Notes: a model not told the origin generated them from the sequence alone. Shown: positions 9,801 through 19,107, counted from the first letter of the stretch. The stretch is 64,000 bases of DNA from Bacteroidaceae bacterium (GCA_017466325.1 JAFTUK010000007.1:11315-75314); one strand, 5' to 3'. Translations and numbers: made by a program.

Positions 9801-10920
9801 TAGCAAAATCTTGTTTCTTTGTGGCAAACTCACATAGACTATGGGTTTTGCCTGTTCCAGCCTTGCCTACCAGACAGACATTCTTGACCAACCCTCCTCG
9901 TAGGTATTCAAATGGAGAACCATCCCTCAACTTGATGACGCGCTTATTAAACTCTATTTCATCATCCCAAGAAGAAAGCACATTCTTAAACCTATCGTTT
10001 AAAGCATACTGGCAGAAAAAATCCAAGTTATCTATTCCCGTTTCTGTTTGCCTGAAATCCAACTTATCAGGGTGGTTATAAATATCATATATCTTTTTCA
10101 GGTCTTTCTCATTCAACCCTTTCAGGAACGTCTTAAGCGACTGCGCATATATTATCTTTTCGTCTATGTCCTTTTTAGATGTTATACTCTTCAACAGAAA
10201 ATCTAGTCGCTTGTTATCCTGATGCAAGTCTGACATATAACGGTCGTGAATAGAGTCAACAGCTTTTTTGCTAATCTCTATACTACGTCCCGTTCCGAAA
10301 GTAGTATTATCTTCCTTTTGCCAGTCTTCAGCAAATGATACTCCTTTTGTGGTTAATAGTGCGGAAATCTTTTCAATTGACAGATAACCCAGTGTCTCGT
10401 TGGTCTGCTGAGTGAGTATGCCTATTGCCCGTCCTTCTTTGTTCACAACTGGTGCCCCTGATAGACCATCATAATTTGCCAGTTTCAAAGTGTCATGTCT
10501 AACCAATGCACGGTCGTTCCAACCCTTTATTTCTAGGCGGTTCATCACCGACAGTTCAACCAAACTTGCTCCCATTGCCACCTCTTGCGGATAACCATAC
10601 ACTTTGAGAGCAAGGTCCTTTACAAACTTATCTTTTAATAAATTCAGAAAGTCTGGTGCTTCATACAGTTCTTCATCAGTTATAGTTAGAAGGGCTATAT
10701 CAGCCACGCCGCCAAGTTCTTCTGCCCGACAAGTGTATAGTTCTCCTTTCACATTGACAAAAATAGGTTCTGGAGCACCGGGATTACAGAAGTGCTCCCG
10801 AACTACATGCCGCGCTGTTATCAGTTGGCTTTTGTCTATAAAGAAAGCTGTCCCTTGCTCTTCACAGCATGTCACGGGGACAATCACTTGTTCTGTCAAT
10901 CTACCATTCAAAAAGCTCAT
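6817..10920 (-). CDS. Trypsin-like serine protease fused to a NACHT/STAND P-loop NTPase with a long C-terminal (sensor-like) region
   Basis: 1367 aa. Triad-like ITARHVV / VADIALL / GLSGAPVV. Walker A GKAGTGKT, Walker B VIVIDAINEG, LIISVRS, NPLFLKIF. About 850 aa of the C-terminus is unassigned. Confidence 0.8.
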   Translation of the reverse strand: MSFLNGRLTEQVIVPVTCCEEQGTAFFIDKSQLITARHVVREHFCNPGAPEPIFVNVKGELYTCRAEELGGVADIALLTITDEELYEAPDFLNLLKDKFVKDLALKVYGYPQEVAMGASLVELSVMNRLEIKGWNDRALVRHDTLKLANYDGLSGAPVVNKEGRAIGILTQQTNETLGYLSIEKISALLTTKGVSFAEDWQKEDNTTFGTGRSIEISKKAVDSIHDRYMSDLHQDNKRLDFLLKSITSKKDIDEKIIYAQSLKTFLKGLNEKDLKKIYDIYNHPDKLDFRQTETGIDNLDFFCQYALNDRFKNVLSSWDDEIEFNKRVIKLRDGSPFEYLRGGLVKNVCLVGKAGTGKTHSLCEFATKKQDFANIYLFFGTEFSAHETATEHIRSVVCEEKSFEDFNNDMQKKNRYAVIVIDAINEGLGCSYWNNHLGALRTEIAKHDNIKLIISVRSPFEQELNDLAVIDARWKTIEVDGFEDKETAINNFFERYEIPQSYKEKNLEAFGNPLFLKIFCETFHSMSQKELSTLSKETIYKKYVEKKNVAVSQQVDEDVELNIADRYLKKLANYSVYTNHFNTISRNKAREYARRLCPGRLWSQDLLNAMLTSSLLLNDRSDEGGAAVMFEYENFGDYYKAEQLMLSKMNVDETLGWIADKKRYFERHPEVSSSKFENAVVALFDCWTRQSAQLQRSEMIRRNEFLREEYIAYLMGSDMTFDEVMDKMIELDPTIERDLKMLRSPQEMSMQQALEIHEHLKSYETIGKRDLLWTHFVNGLFENYGSGIIGVFPIDVNPEISVDEQERVYLIRLGWLLTSSHPKCRALTMRMIRKQLNSHTDVILWLLKQFEKVNDPYVVAGLYCAVAGVVLTTRNEELAGSIAEYIYKTFYGQAETVPQDLIVRQWTLKIIERAYALDEHNDCWSKIQTPFAALPFDEDKITPYEDINRDYFGMQHGSRLMYNSIFGFEDFNRYIIGTNNRHRSSDYFKYDEIGGIYLGDDLTREEAEIAYYIKNVFGWNDKLGSLDNGKYSVDRSHNDEERIGKKFQWLAWFRLNARLMDSYKVTRSSYHYSDKAKEDELTPTPYPWNTSEVTYFDPTLDVEVYNSYNKLLSGVEALEVIGTQDESWIDNNKYVPTFRNQVLVEGSIPFVMLRGFDKATGGDKETVVITNAAFVKKSDSEAFAEWCRDKNFYGRWMPERNGMYKFLWNDYPWADAYYNAIELPAWERPSNGSPCDVMLAYEAQLQEHWEGIAYEDDYLTTVYMPCVEMMKEMGLYNSDVRGIVKLQTDDTIAAINSSKEDGVTGLFVRKDILDEFLRRKNYVLFYYVLGEKVLRAEAPHSIMKDLSAAYRYEQEGPVTVIQPMRVI

Positions 10921-12103
10921 ACTCTTGCTCTGTGATAATAGTATCTATGTGCAGCGTTTCTTTTTCTGCGTCATCCAAACCATTTATTAGCTTACTCATA
11001 TCACCTTTGTGACTAAATACTATTAGGCTTTTCCCATCTTCTTGATGACTTAGGGCTATTCTGCCTATTGTTCCCCAAGTAGGATATTCGTCTTTTCTGC
11101 CGCCCGGTATGAAGTATCTGTTCGAATTAATTTGTTCTAACAGGCTTTTACTTGTATTTCCGTTACTACCATGATGTGCCACCTTAATGGCATCACAATC
11201 CAACGGTTTATGTTCTTCTCCATACTTATTCTTGATGGCATTTTCTAATGTCACAGCAAATGAATCTCCTAACATAGCCACCTTGTGTACACCACACTCA
11301 AGCATGAATGCTATTGAAGAATAGTTGGTGTCCGATGTGTCAGTCCCTTCTTTCTCTGCCATCTTTTTCACATATTCTGCATCCAGTTTTTGGGGTAATG
11401 AAGCTGATATCTGTTTCTTTTCAAATTTATCTTTGTATGCATCTGCAAGTCTTATCAGTAATTCAAACAAGCTCTCACCTCCCCTGATACTATCATTCCA
11501 TACTTGCATAAAGTATTTATTGAAGGCATCCTTGAATCTTTTCTCTATTTCATCAAGTGCGTCTCTCGGAGGTCCTAACAACACGATTTTCCCGAAGCCC
11601 CCCTCTAAATCAAAATTGGGGGTCTGATCGGTTATATATTCTATATTCCAGGCATTTCGCCAGGGTTCTTTCTTCAATATTTCGCCTGCTAAAGTCTTTC
11701 CTTGCTCCGCGCTGATCTCCTTCTTGTAATTAATAGCATCAAACTCAGCTGGTAGAGCATTCTTAACCCATTGCAAAATTTCCTTCTGCTCTTCCGTCAG
11801 ATCTACAGTTTCATCCTCTTTTTTTACTCGTCCATAACAATTATACCAGATGTGATCTATTTGTAGATTGGGACATTTTTTCAGCATCTGTGCACAACCA
11901 TTGATATGGTCGCCATCAATATGTGTAGCTACAAGTAGATTGATATGACTTTGCAGCTCTCCCTCTACATATCTTTTCACTGCAGGTGTAAACTTACCGC
12001 AATCCACCATAATGACATATTGTTCTCCGCATTCTTTCACCAATCGGATAACGCAACAGTCCCCTATACCAACATCAAAAGAGCGAAAATAACACTTATT
12101 CAT
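10901..12103 (-). CDS. Metallo-beta-lactamase-fold hydrolase (ComEC-type MBL domain with a helical insert)
   Basis: 400 aa. VMVDCG, THIDGDHING (HxDxDH) and VAHHGSNGN. It overlaps the downstream protease-STAND start by 20 nt. Confidence 0.8.
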   Translation of the reverse strand: MNKCYFRSFDVGIGDCCVIRLVKECGEQYVIMVDCGKFTPAVKRYVEGELQSHINLLVATHIDGDHINGCAQMLKKCPNLQIDHIWYNCYGRVKKEDETVDLTEEQKEILQWVKNALPAEFDAINYKKEISAEQGKTLAGEILKKEPWRNAWNIEYITDQTPNFDLEGGFGKIVLLGPPRDALDEIEKRFKDAFNKYFMQVWNDSIRGGESLFELLIRLADAYKDKFEKKQISASLPQKLDAEYVKKMAEKEGTDTSDTNYSSIAFMLECGVHKVAMLGDSFAVTLENAIKNKYGEEHKPLDCDAIKVAHHGSNGNTSKSLLEQINSNRYFIPGGRKDEYPTWGTIGRIALSHQEDGKSLIVFSHKGDMSKLINGLDDAEKETLHIDTIITEQEYELFEW

Positions 12104-12238
12104 TATAGCAACGAATCTATTATCTTAAACCTTGTCATTATAACCACAAACAGCCATACTCTCATCGGACGCAGCTGTTAACATATTCAAATTTTTCCAT
12201 AGAGCCAAAGAGCAACCGCCCGATTACCCCCAATACTC

Positions 12239-12738
12239 TCAATATGTCTCATTTAACTCACGGAACATATCTTGAAATGGTATACATTTTACGCCAAATT
12301 GATTGCAAACGTCCGGCAATTTGAATTCAGAAGAGCCGTTGTGATTAGACACCTCAAAGGAAACAACGGTATAATTAGCCAGATCAGTCGCAGCGTATGA
12401 AACCAGAAAATGTCCGCAGCATCGGGGCGGAGAAACTTTTCAAGAGCCTTCTGTGAACGGTTCTGCGATGCTGCCCATCGGGATATGGTGGCATATTTCG
12501 CCACCGCCTGCTGGTTGGTTTGGAACGTCTCAATAGATGCCACATTGAAATTCGCATCTACCCACAGATGCAATGCATCCGAATTAATAAACAGCTCTTG
12601 TTGTACTCTGTCCAACAAGACAATAGTGCCACTATTAGACATGTCCTTGAACTTATCCCACAGCGTCACAGCCACATCCATTGGAGCATATCCACGATAT
12701 GGTGTGATAAACGTATTTGCATCTATTAGGTACTTCAT
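12239..12738 (-). pseudogene. DUF4411-type (PIN-like) protein, frameshifted
   Basis: The N-terminus MKYLIDANTFITPY is DUF4411/PIN-like. The tracked ORF tail (IFWFHTLRLIWLII...) looks like nonsense. Shifting one nt at 12412 restores HFLVSYAATDLANYTVVSFEVSNHNGSSEFKLPDVCNQFGVKCIPFQDMFRELNETY, with the stop at 12239-12241. Confidence 0.7.
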
Positions 12739-13871
12739 CTTGCTATCTGTCTTTTATCACCAACCACATTATGGAACGTATCACCTTTTAATCCAGCCAA
12801 ACGATATGCGTCAAGATAGAGAATCTTGTTTGCATGCGCCGCATTAGATAAATGAATCATAAAGGTTGGACTTATTCTACGGAGTGCCATAGTCCTAAAA
12901 GGAGGATGACCACTATTATCTTTATGAGGAATCGGCTCATTCTTCCATATTGCAAACAATTGGAATTGCCTAGCCCTGTTAATAAAATTCAGTTCAGCCG
13001 CCCTTCGTGCTATGGTATATCTGCTAACCTTAAACCTTCTTGCAAGTTGGGTATATACATCTTCCGTATCCCCAGTCCATACCTGCCTAAACAGCCCTTC
13101 TGGAACCAGGAAATGAGCCGCCACTTTATCGCAGTACCGCTCGTCATCAGAAGAATTGATAATGCTATCTTCGTCTCCTACTCCAGATTCGTAACCAATT
13201 AACACATGAACAAATTCATGTATCAGCGTAAACGTCTGGGCAACTTGGGCATCACCTCCGTTTACGAAAATAAAGGGAGCATTCTTGTCAATTAAAGCAA
13301 AACCCCTACAATCAGAAACGGATATCTTTCTAAAAATATTATTACCAACCATGTTGTTGATGCAAACCATAGTGCCAGAATCTTCCATTCTCGTCACCAA
13401 TTTACGAATTGCATCACCCATAGAATACTCTTTAAAGGCCCAGTCAAGACTCAGGCCCAAAATATTTCTGATTGTTTGACAAGTTGTTTCAATAGGCGTA
13501 TCCGTCGCAATACTTCCCACATAACTTGGGGCTTCTATACCATTACCTTCAATGTAAGAAGAAAGCCATTCCTGACGTTCTTGAACTTTTCTAACTTCGT
13601 CCATAACATTTAAAGAAACAGAACCGCCCCCAGAACGGAACATCGGTATGGGTACAGTTTCAACAGGAGGCTCATCAAGAAATAGATATCCTAAAGGTAC
13701 ATACACGCTGTTAGCGAATTCCTCCAATTGCTTGAAGGTGGGTTTTCGCTCTTCATTAATCCATTTACTGAAAGCCGGATTCTTCTGGGCATACTCCTCC
13801 ACGGACAGCCCGTATCGCGTAACTGCCCATATCAACATTTCTTTTTTTATGTCCAGCCTTTCTGGTTTCAT
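12735..13871 (-). CDS. HTH domain + ImmA/IrrE-family (COG2856) zinc metallopeptidase
   Basis: 378 aa. HEXXH motif in LIHEFVHVLIG, downstream FLVPEGLF, and an N-terminal HTH-like region. It overlaps the DUF4411 start by 4 nt. Confidence 0.85.
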   Translation of the reverse strand: MKPERLDIKKEMLIWAVTRYGLSVEEYAQKNPAFSKWINEERKPTFKQLEEFANSVYVPLGYLFLDEPPVETVPIPMFRSGGGSVSLNVMDEVRKVQERQEWLSSYIEGNGIEAPSYVGSIATDTPIETTCQTIRNILGLSLDWAFKEYSMGDAIRKLVTRMEDSGTMVCINNMVGNNIFRKISVSDCRGFALIDKNAPFIFVNGGDAQVAQTFTLIHEFVHVLIGYESGVGDEDSIINSSDDERYCDKVAAHFLVPEGLFRQVWTGDTEDVYTQLARRFKVSRYTIARRAAELNFINRARQFQLFAIWKNEPIPHKDNSGHPPFRTMALRRISPTFMIHLSNAAHANKILYLDAYRLAGLKGDTFHNVVGDKRQIAR

Positions 13872-14082
13872 AATGTATCTCTATCTTAATTTTAGGTATT
13901 CTTATCGTACTTAATATATAATAACGCTTTGTAAAATTAGCAATTTTCCACCTCTTTTATTGTATTTCTTTGCGATTATTATTCTTTTTTAACTCCAAAA
14001 CGGATATTTCATAGCAAATTTGCACCACTAACTCTTATTTTTATATTCTTTCTTTCCGTAATTCTGTCAATCCTTAGATCCG

Positions 14083-14486
14083 TCATTCCTTGCCTCCAGA
14101 GAGGCATTTCCTAACTTTCGCCGTTATCGTGATCAATATCTTATTAATCCTAGCACCATCATTCATCAGTGATTCCGCAGCCCGTGGTTCCAAATATCCG
14201 TTGTCCTTCAACAAGGACAACCACGTTTCCGATTCCCGTGATTCCTTTAAAGCGATAGAGGCTTTTGATAAAAAGTCATTGTCGCTTTGAGGATGCTGCG
14301 CCTCATTCATATTGGCATTGATGCTGGTTGCCGACCTAAACAGCTGCCTTCCCAACACATCAAGATATCTCTATCAGCCATACTTAGCTTTCCTTCATTC
14401 AGGTATTTGTACAACCTGATGATCCTACATGAAAAGTCATAGCTCAACTCCAAAACCTGAGCATCCTTCTTCTCCCCTTCCGCCAT
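14083..14486 (-). pseudogene. Four-helix-bundle protein (23S rRNA IVS-protein family, TIGR02436-like), split by a frameshift
   Basis: ..LELSYDFSCRIIRLYKYL.. lies in ORF 14307..14714. ..GRQLFRSATSINANMNEAQ..DFLSKASIALKESRESETWLSLL.. lies in ORF 14083..14358. The frames switch near 14340-14360. The likely true start is MAEGEKK at 14486. Confidence 0.65.
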
Positions 14487-14689
14487 CAACGGTTTTACAC
14501 GGATTATCAAATATCCGTGTATCCGATTCTTCGGCTTTCCTCGTATCCGCATCTCCGCGCTTTGCGCTTCCGTATTTCCGCGGCTTGCTGCTTCCGTAAT
14601 TCCGTTTTTCCATAAATCTGTCCTTCCGCTGCTCGCAGCAAGGTTCCGTAGCTCCGTAATTCCATACTTCCGGCATCCTTTAGATGTCC

Positions 14690-15943
14690 TCACACCCACA
14701 TAAGCCACTTCCATACCGGCACAACGGGTATTCCCTCTTCCGTGCCCTCCTCATCGTAAGTAATCAGAAGGCACTTCCAGTTCTCGTGTGCTTTGGCATA
14801 CTTCGCCAGTGGTGGCACTTCCCTGTTGTAAGTGGCCTCATCCTTGATGCTGTAGGACACCTGTATGGCCAACTTCTCGTCAGGCACAATGAAGTCTATC
14901 TCCTTCTCCGCGTTCAGGAAAAACACATTCTTTTTGCCAAACCGCCTACACAGTTCCACCGCCATCATGTTTTCCAGTAGCGATGTCTCTGAATTCATCA
15001 AAAACAGATTCAGCAGACCGTTGTCAACGAAGTAGTATTTCTTCTGCATTTCCTTTTCCGTCAGCTTTCCGACCTCGTTCTCCATGGGTAGTATCAGCCA
15101 ACTGTCAGAGGCGTAATCCGCATAGTCTATAGTAGTAGGTACACTGATAGGCGACCCCGTTGACACAATCACATTCTTCAGTCTGTTATACGACAGCGGT
15201 TGCTTCACGCTCTCTGCCATCTTCTTGATCAGGATGTTCAGCACCCTGTCGTTCTTAATGTTGTTTCGTGCACAGATGTCACCCAGATAAATCTTCTGGT
15301 ACAAGCTTGAAAGCATAGCCCGCTTGTTCTTAAACGACTGGATCTCTGGCAGACCACCGTAATAAAAGTACTCATTCAGATGCCGTTTCACCTCGCTTCT
15401 CTGAATCGTGTCATACTCCCAATGCTCCTTCAGTTCCACCTGCTGCGCTGCCAGATACTCTTTGAATGAATATGGGTACGCATCATAGATAAAGAACCGT
15501 CCGCCCAGCGTAGTTGCCACTTCCTTGCTCAGCATCTTCGCATTGCTACCCGTTACATACACCCTGTATTTCGCATCAGCCAACCTCCGCACGAACTTAT
15601 CCCAATGCGGAATATTCTGCACCTCATCCAGAAATACCACTGGCTTCTTACCATACAGTTCCAGATGGGCTTCCAGCAGACTGTTGAAGTCTTCCGTCTG
15701 GAATTCCGCCAGACGCTCATCCTCAAAGTCCACAAACAAGATCTCATCCCATCCCTTTCCAGCAGCCTGCAACTGACGCACACGCTGATACAACAAGTAC
15801 GACTTACCTGCATGTCTCACGCCAACTATCACATAGTTGCCATTCTCTTCAAAGTCTGTGGGACGGTTCACAATCACCGCCTCATCCACTTCGCGTTGCT
15901 TGCTAATCAAGCATTGTTTGATGACATCTTTACTGACACTCAT
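14690..15943 (-). CDS. AAA-type ATPase (AAA_14 + DUF4143 architecture)
   Basis: 417 aa. Walker A GVRHAGKSYLL and Walker B VVFLDEVQ. This architecture is common in Bacteroidales accessory DNA. Confidence 0.8.
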   Translation of the reverse strand: MSVSKDVIKQCLISKQREVDEAVIVNRPTDFEENGNYVIVGVRHAGKSYLLYQRVRQLQAAGKGWDEILFVDFEDERLAEFQTEDFNSLLEAHLELYGKKPVVFLDEVQNIPHWDKFVRRLADAKYRVYVTGSNAKMLSKEVATTLGGRFFIYDAYPYSFKEYLAAQQVELKEHWEYDTIQRSEVKRHLNEYFYYGGLPEIQSFKNKRAMLSSLYQKIYLGDICARNNIKNDRVLNILIKKMAESVKQPLSYNRLKNVIVSTGSPISVPTTIDYADYASDSWLILPMENEVGKLTEKEMQKKYYFVDNGLLNLFLMNSETSLLENMMAVELCRRFGKKNVFFLNAEKEIDFIVPDEKLAIQVSYSIKDEATYNREVPPLAKYAKAHENWKCLLITYDEEGTEEGIPVVPVWKWLMWV

Positions 15944-16104
15944 ATAAATTATATTTAATAAGAGTTGTATGATTTTATAAAGTTTGGTTTACAAAGTTAA
16001 GCATTTCCTATAAAACAGAATTAATAAACCCTGATTTTTTACTATATTTTCACATTTTTTATCGCCACCACTATTTTTCCTGCTATCCTTGTGCCAGATT
16101 TTGC

Positions 16105-16515
16105 CTATTGTATGGCATCAAAGATTTCCACCAGATACGACACTATTCTTCTTCCACGTTGCCACTTTGAACTCTTGGAGGTCAGGAATTTCTTTTCCTC
16201 ACGATAAATGATAGTGTCAACCCTTTGGGCGGGGGCATACTTGTACTCTCTGCCAGAGAAAGTGCAGATAGCACGGAGAAATACAGAAAAGGAAATGTGT
16301 GGATCAAGATGATGAGAACGGATGAGTGCAGCCTTGATATAGGCAGTTTCGTATTCGTGTTCCATGTCGTCGAGGGCCGTCAGAATCGCCTCCTTCAACG
16401 CTTGCTTGTCATCGGCAATGAGAATGTCATCAATGCTCTGTTCTTCTTGCAGAGCGGTTCTGCGTCCATGCTTGCCTTTCGTATTGACAAGGGTGTTCTT
16501 CACGAGTTGCTTCAA
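16105..16515 (-). CDS. Hypothetical protein
   Basis: 136-aa ORF co-oriented downstream of the integrase. No motif recognised. Confidence 0.4.
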   Translation of the reverse strand: MKQLVKNTLVNTKGKHGRRTALQEEQSIDDILIADDKQALKEAILTALDDMEHEYETAYIKAALIRSHHLDPHISFSVFLRAICTFSGREYKYAPAQRVDTIIYREEKKFLTSKSSKWQRGRRIVSYLVEIFDAIQ

Positions 16516-16539
16516 TTCAGCATCTTCAACTCCCTTAAT

Positions 16540-17358
16540 CTATTTGGTCCATTCTGCCTTCTTGTCAAGTGCATTCGTTACACTTGTTTCCACAAGTTTT
16601 TCGACTACAGCTTTGGCACTCTCACGTATGTAGGAAATTTGTTTGGCTCCTAGGCTGACCTTGCTCAGTGCCATAGCGCTCCTGGGTAGCCCGTGGTCAT
16701 AGCAGATATAATACAATGTACACATCAACAGAGAATTGCTGCCATCATGGATTTGGTCGCGGAGTTTGATGAAAATCTCTGGTAACGCTTGTATGGCTGA
16801 CAACATGATTCTCTTTGACAGAGTCGCAAGTTCATCAGCAGAGTGTCCTTTCCCAAAAGTGAATATTGCCATCTGAATAAAGGACGGCAATGACTCCCAA
16901 AACTCCTGAGCAGTCACATAAGGAACATAGATGTGTTCGTCATCTTCCTCACTCATGTCCTTGTCTGATAAGCTAAATTCCCTTATCAGGAACTGCTCTG
17001 CCTGGTCTGGAGCATCTTTATCCCCTACTGTCTCAGCGTACACTCCAAACCTTAGATAGCCTTTCAATCCCATCAATTCATCAACAACTCGGCTGGCAGC
17101 GACAGCTCTTTCATCAGCAGACAGCACTTCTTCAGAATCGGGTGCTAGCAATTTGCGGCATTCGACAAGAACAGATGTCGGCACAAAGCCTGCCGCCATC
17201 TTGAAGATGCGTTCAAGGCAACTGAAGTCGTTGCGCTCCACCTTCATCATTTCCACGGAGAAACGTGAGTATTCTTCTGGATGCTCCTGCTTCCATGAAT
17301 ACACTCTGTCCATTGCCTCTCTCATGGCATGCTTTTGGAAATCTTCAAAGGGTATCAT
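16540..17358 (-). CDS. Hypothetical protein
   Basis: 272-aa acidic ORF directly downstream of the integrase. No motif recognised. Confidence 0.45.
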   Translation of the reverse strand: MIPFEDFQKHAMREAMDRVYSWKQEHPEEYSRFSVEMMKVERNDFSCLERIFKMAAGFVPTSVLVECRKLLAPDSEEVLSADERAVAASRVVDELMGLKGYLRFGVYAETVGDKDAPDQAEQFLIREFSLSDKDMSEEDDEHIYVPYVTAQEFWESLPSFIQMAIFTFGKGHSADELATLSKRIMLSAIQALPEIFIKLRDQIHDGSNSLLMCTLYYICYDHGLPRSAMALSKVSLGAKQISYIRESAKAVVEKLVETSVTNALDKKAEWTK

Positions 17359-17393
17359 CTGAAAAGTATGATTATGAATAATACAATAACGTG

Positions 17394-18857
17394 TTACTTA
17401 TTAGCTAATAGTTTGAGAAGCATCTCCGTTTTCTGCTCTTCTGTCATGTTCTTGACATCTTCCTCGGTCACCTTTGGCTGTAAGTCTAACAACTTGTTGT
17501 TGTACTCGAACATAGTTTCCAACGGGTATTGGGCGATGTATCTTTCTGTAATGGTCTTGTCGATTGCATGCCCCATGCTCTGCGAGATATATCTCTCCTC
17601 TACTTTGGCATGAGTGAGGTTCGTTCCGTAAGAATGTCTACACCAGGTTCCCGATGGACGGACTTCCCAATGCAAAACGTCCTCACAGATTTTGATGACA
17701 CGGTCTTGTACATTTGAGTTTTCCTGAGAGATACGCTTGCGTTTGTCAGCCTTATGAGTTGCACCTTGCAGAATATCTGGGAACACGAAGCCATTGAGTA
17801 CGGGCTCTGCCGCTATCTCATCAAGAATTTTCTGTAACGGTTCTATGACGGGGATTATTACTTCACCGCCACCTTCTGTGCGATTCCTGGTCTTCACTCG
17901 CTTGAATTTGAACGCTTTCCTACTAGAGTCGAAATAGAATTTCGAATACTTAAGCTCGGCTGCATCAGCCATATTGAAACCGTTACACAGGTATTGGACA
18001 AGGAATAATCCTAATGAGTAATGGGCTTTTTCTGCATAGCCTTTCTTCCATGTGTCAGGATAGCGTTTCTCGATAAACACCCAATACAGTTCTGTCATCT
18101 GCTGGACATTCAGGTAATGATCCTTCCTTGTGTCGCCGACTGGTATCGCTACGAGTTTCTTTTTCTTGACATTAGAAAATGGATATTCTTGGTTAGTAAG
18201 ATAGCCTCGTAACACACATTCATTCCAAACTGCACGACAGTTTCGGAGATAAAGGCCTCTTGTCGCCTCTCTTATTTGACCGATTAACTCACCATTCTCA
18301 TTCAGCACACCATTTTGCATTCCGTTACTCCAATACTCAATGTCTTCCTTTCCCACCTTAAAACCGGTAATAGGTCTATCCCAAAGAATCTTTTGGAAAG
18401 ACTTCATGGCGCACTCGTATGACTCGGCAGTGGTGTATTGCTCTCCGTTGTTGTTGGTCCTAAAGAAATTGATCCTGTCTTGCCACACGCTAAAGAAGGA
18501 GGCATCCTTGGAAGTGTCAACACCCGTAATGGCTGCTTTTATTTTATCGAGCGTCAGACTATTCCCCAGACGCTCAATCAGCTCCACTTGCGCCTCAAAG
18601 ATGGCATCAAATTCCAATTTCTTATCGTAGAGTTCTGAGCGGACTGCCTTGGCGCTGAGATTACATACCTTCGCAAAATCTTCCTCCGTGAACTCTCCAG
18701 CCACGAAGTTGTACCACAACTTTCTGTCTATGATATAGCGCATTACGACGAGGAACGTGTTCTTGTCTTTCTTCGGATGACGCTTGTCAAGGATGAGCGC
18801 ATAGGTGCAATTTCCGAATCGTGGGCTCTTGTACGTTGTGTCTAATTTCTTTGCCAT
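17394..18857 (-). CDS. int: Tyrosine-type site-specific integrase (Bacteroidetes arm-binding / SAM-like / catalytic domain layout)
   Basis: 487 aa. C-terminal catalytic pattern ..WCRHSYGTNL..SMGHAIDKTITERYI.. (R-H-x-x / H / Y). It lies next to a tRNA 3' fragment. Confidence 0.85.
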   Translation of the reverse strand: MAKKLDTTYKSPRFGNCTYALILDKRHPKKDKNTFLVVMRYIIDRKLWYNFVAGEFTEEDFAKVCNLSAKAVRSELYDKKLEFDAIFEAQVELIERLGNSLTLDKIKAAITGVDTSKDASFFSVWQDRINFFRTNNNGEQYTTAESYECAMKSFQKILWDRPITGFKVGKEDIEYWSNGMQNGVLNENGELIGQIREATRGLYLRNCRAVWNECVLRGYLTNQEYPFSNVKKKKLVAIPVGDTRKDHYLNVQQMTELYWVFIEKRYPDTWKKGYAEKAHYSLGLFLVQYLCNGFNMADAAELKYSKFYFDSSRKAFKFKRVKTRNRTEGGGEVIIPVIEPLQKILDEIAAEPVLNGFVFPDILQGATHKADKRKRISQENSNVQDRVIKICEDVLHWEVRPSGTWCRHSYGTNLTHAKVEERYISQSMGHAIDKTITERYIAQYPLETMFEYNNKLLDLQPKVTEEDVKNMTEEQKTEMLLKLLANK

Positions 18858-18905
18858 TTTTGGTCAATAGTCTGGAGGTCTCAACTTTACTTTTTTCTCT
18901 ATTTT

Positions 18906-18994
18906 GGGAAAACAACGGGAAAACAAAGTCTCTAATTTTCTCCCGAAATCCCGTGTTTTCCGATGTTTTTCGGGAAAACAATGGGAAAACAGAG
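18906..18994. promoter_or_regulatory. Array of GGGAAAAC motifs (direct and inverted) upstream of int
   Basis: GGGAAAACAACGGGAAAACAAAG (18906-18928) and GGGAAAACAATGGGAAAACAGAG (18972-18994), with inverted copies cccgtgttttcc and ttttctcccg between them. Confidence 0.4.
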
Positions 18995-19107
18995 GCGTTT
19001 TGATACGGGGTTTTATGGGGTATCATAAACTGCCGCAAAGACAGTAACTATTTGGTAATCAGCCAAACTTCTGATATTAAAAATTCACAAAATATCATTC
19101 TGCCTTA

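Noticed and set aside
18787-19038. 83-aa ORF upstream of int, and the small ORFs 18821..19003 and 19168..19350
   Set aside because: They are made of the GGGAAAAC repeat array or terminator sequence, and nothing supports them as coding.
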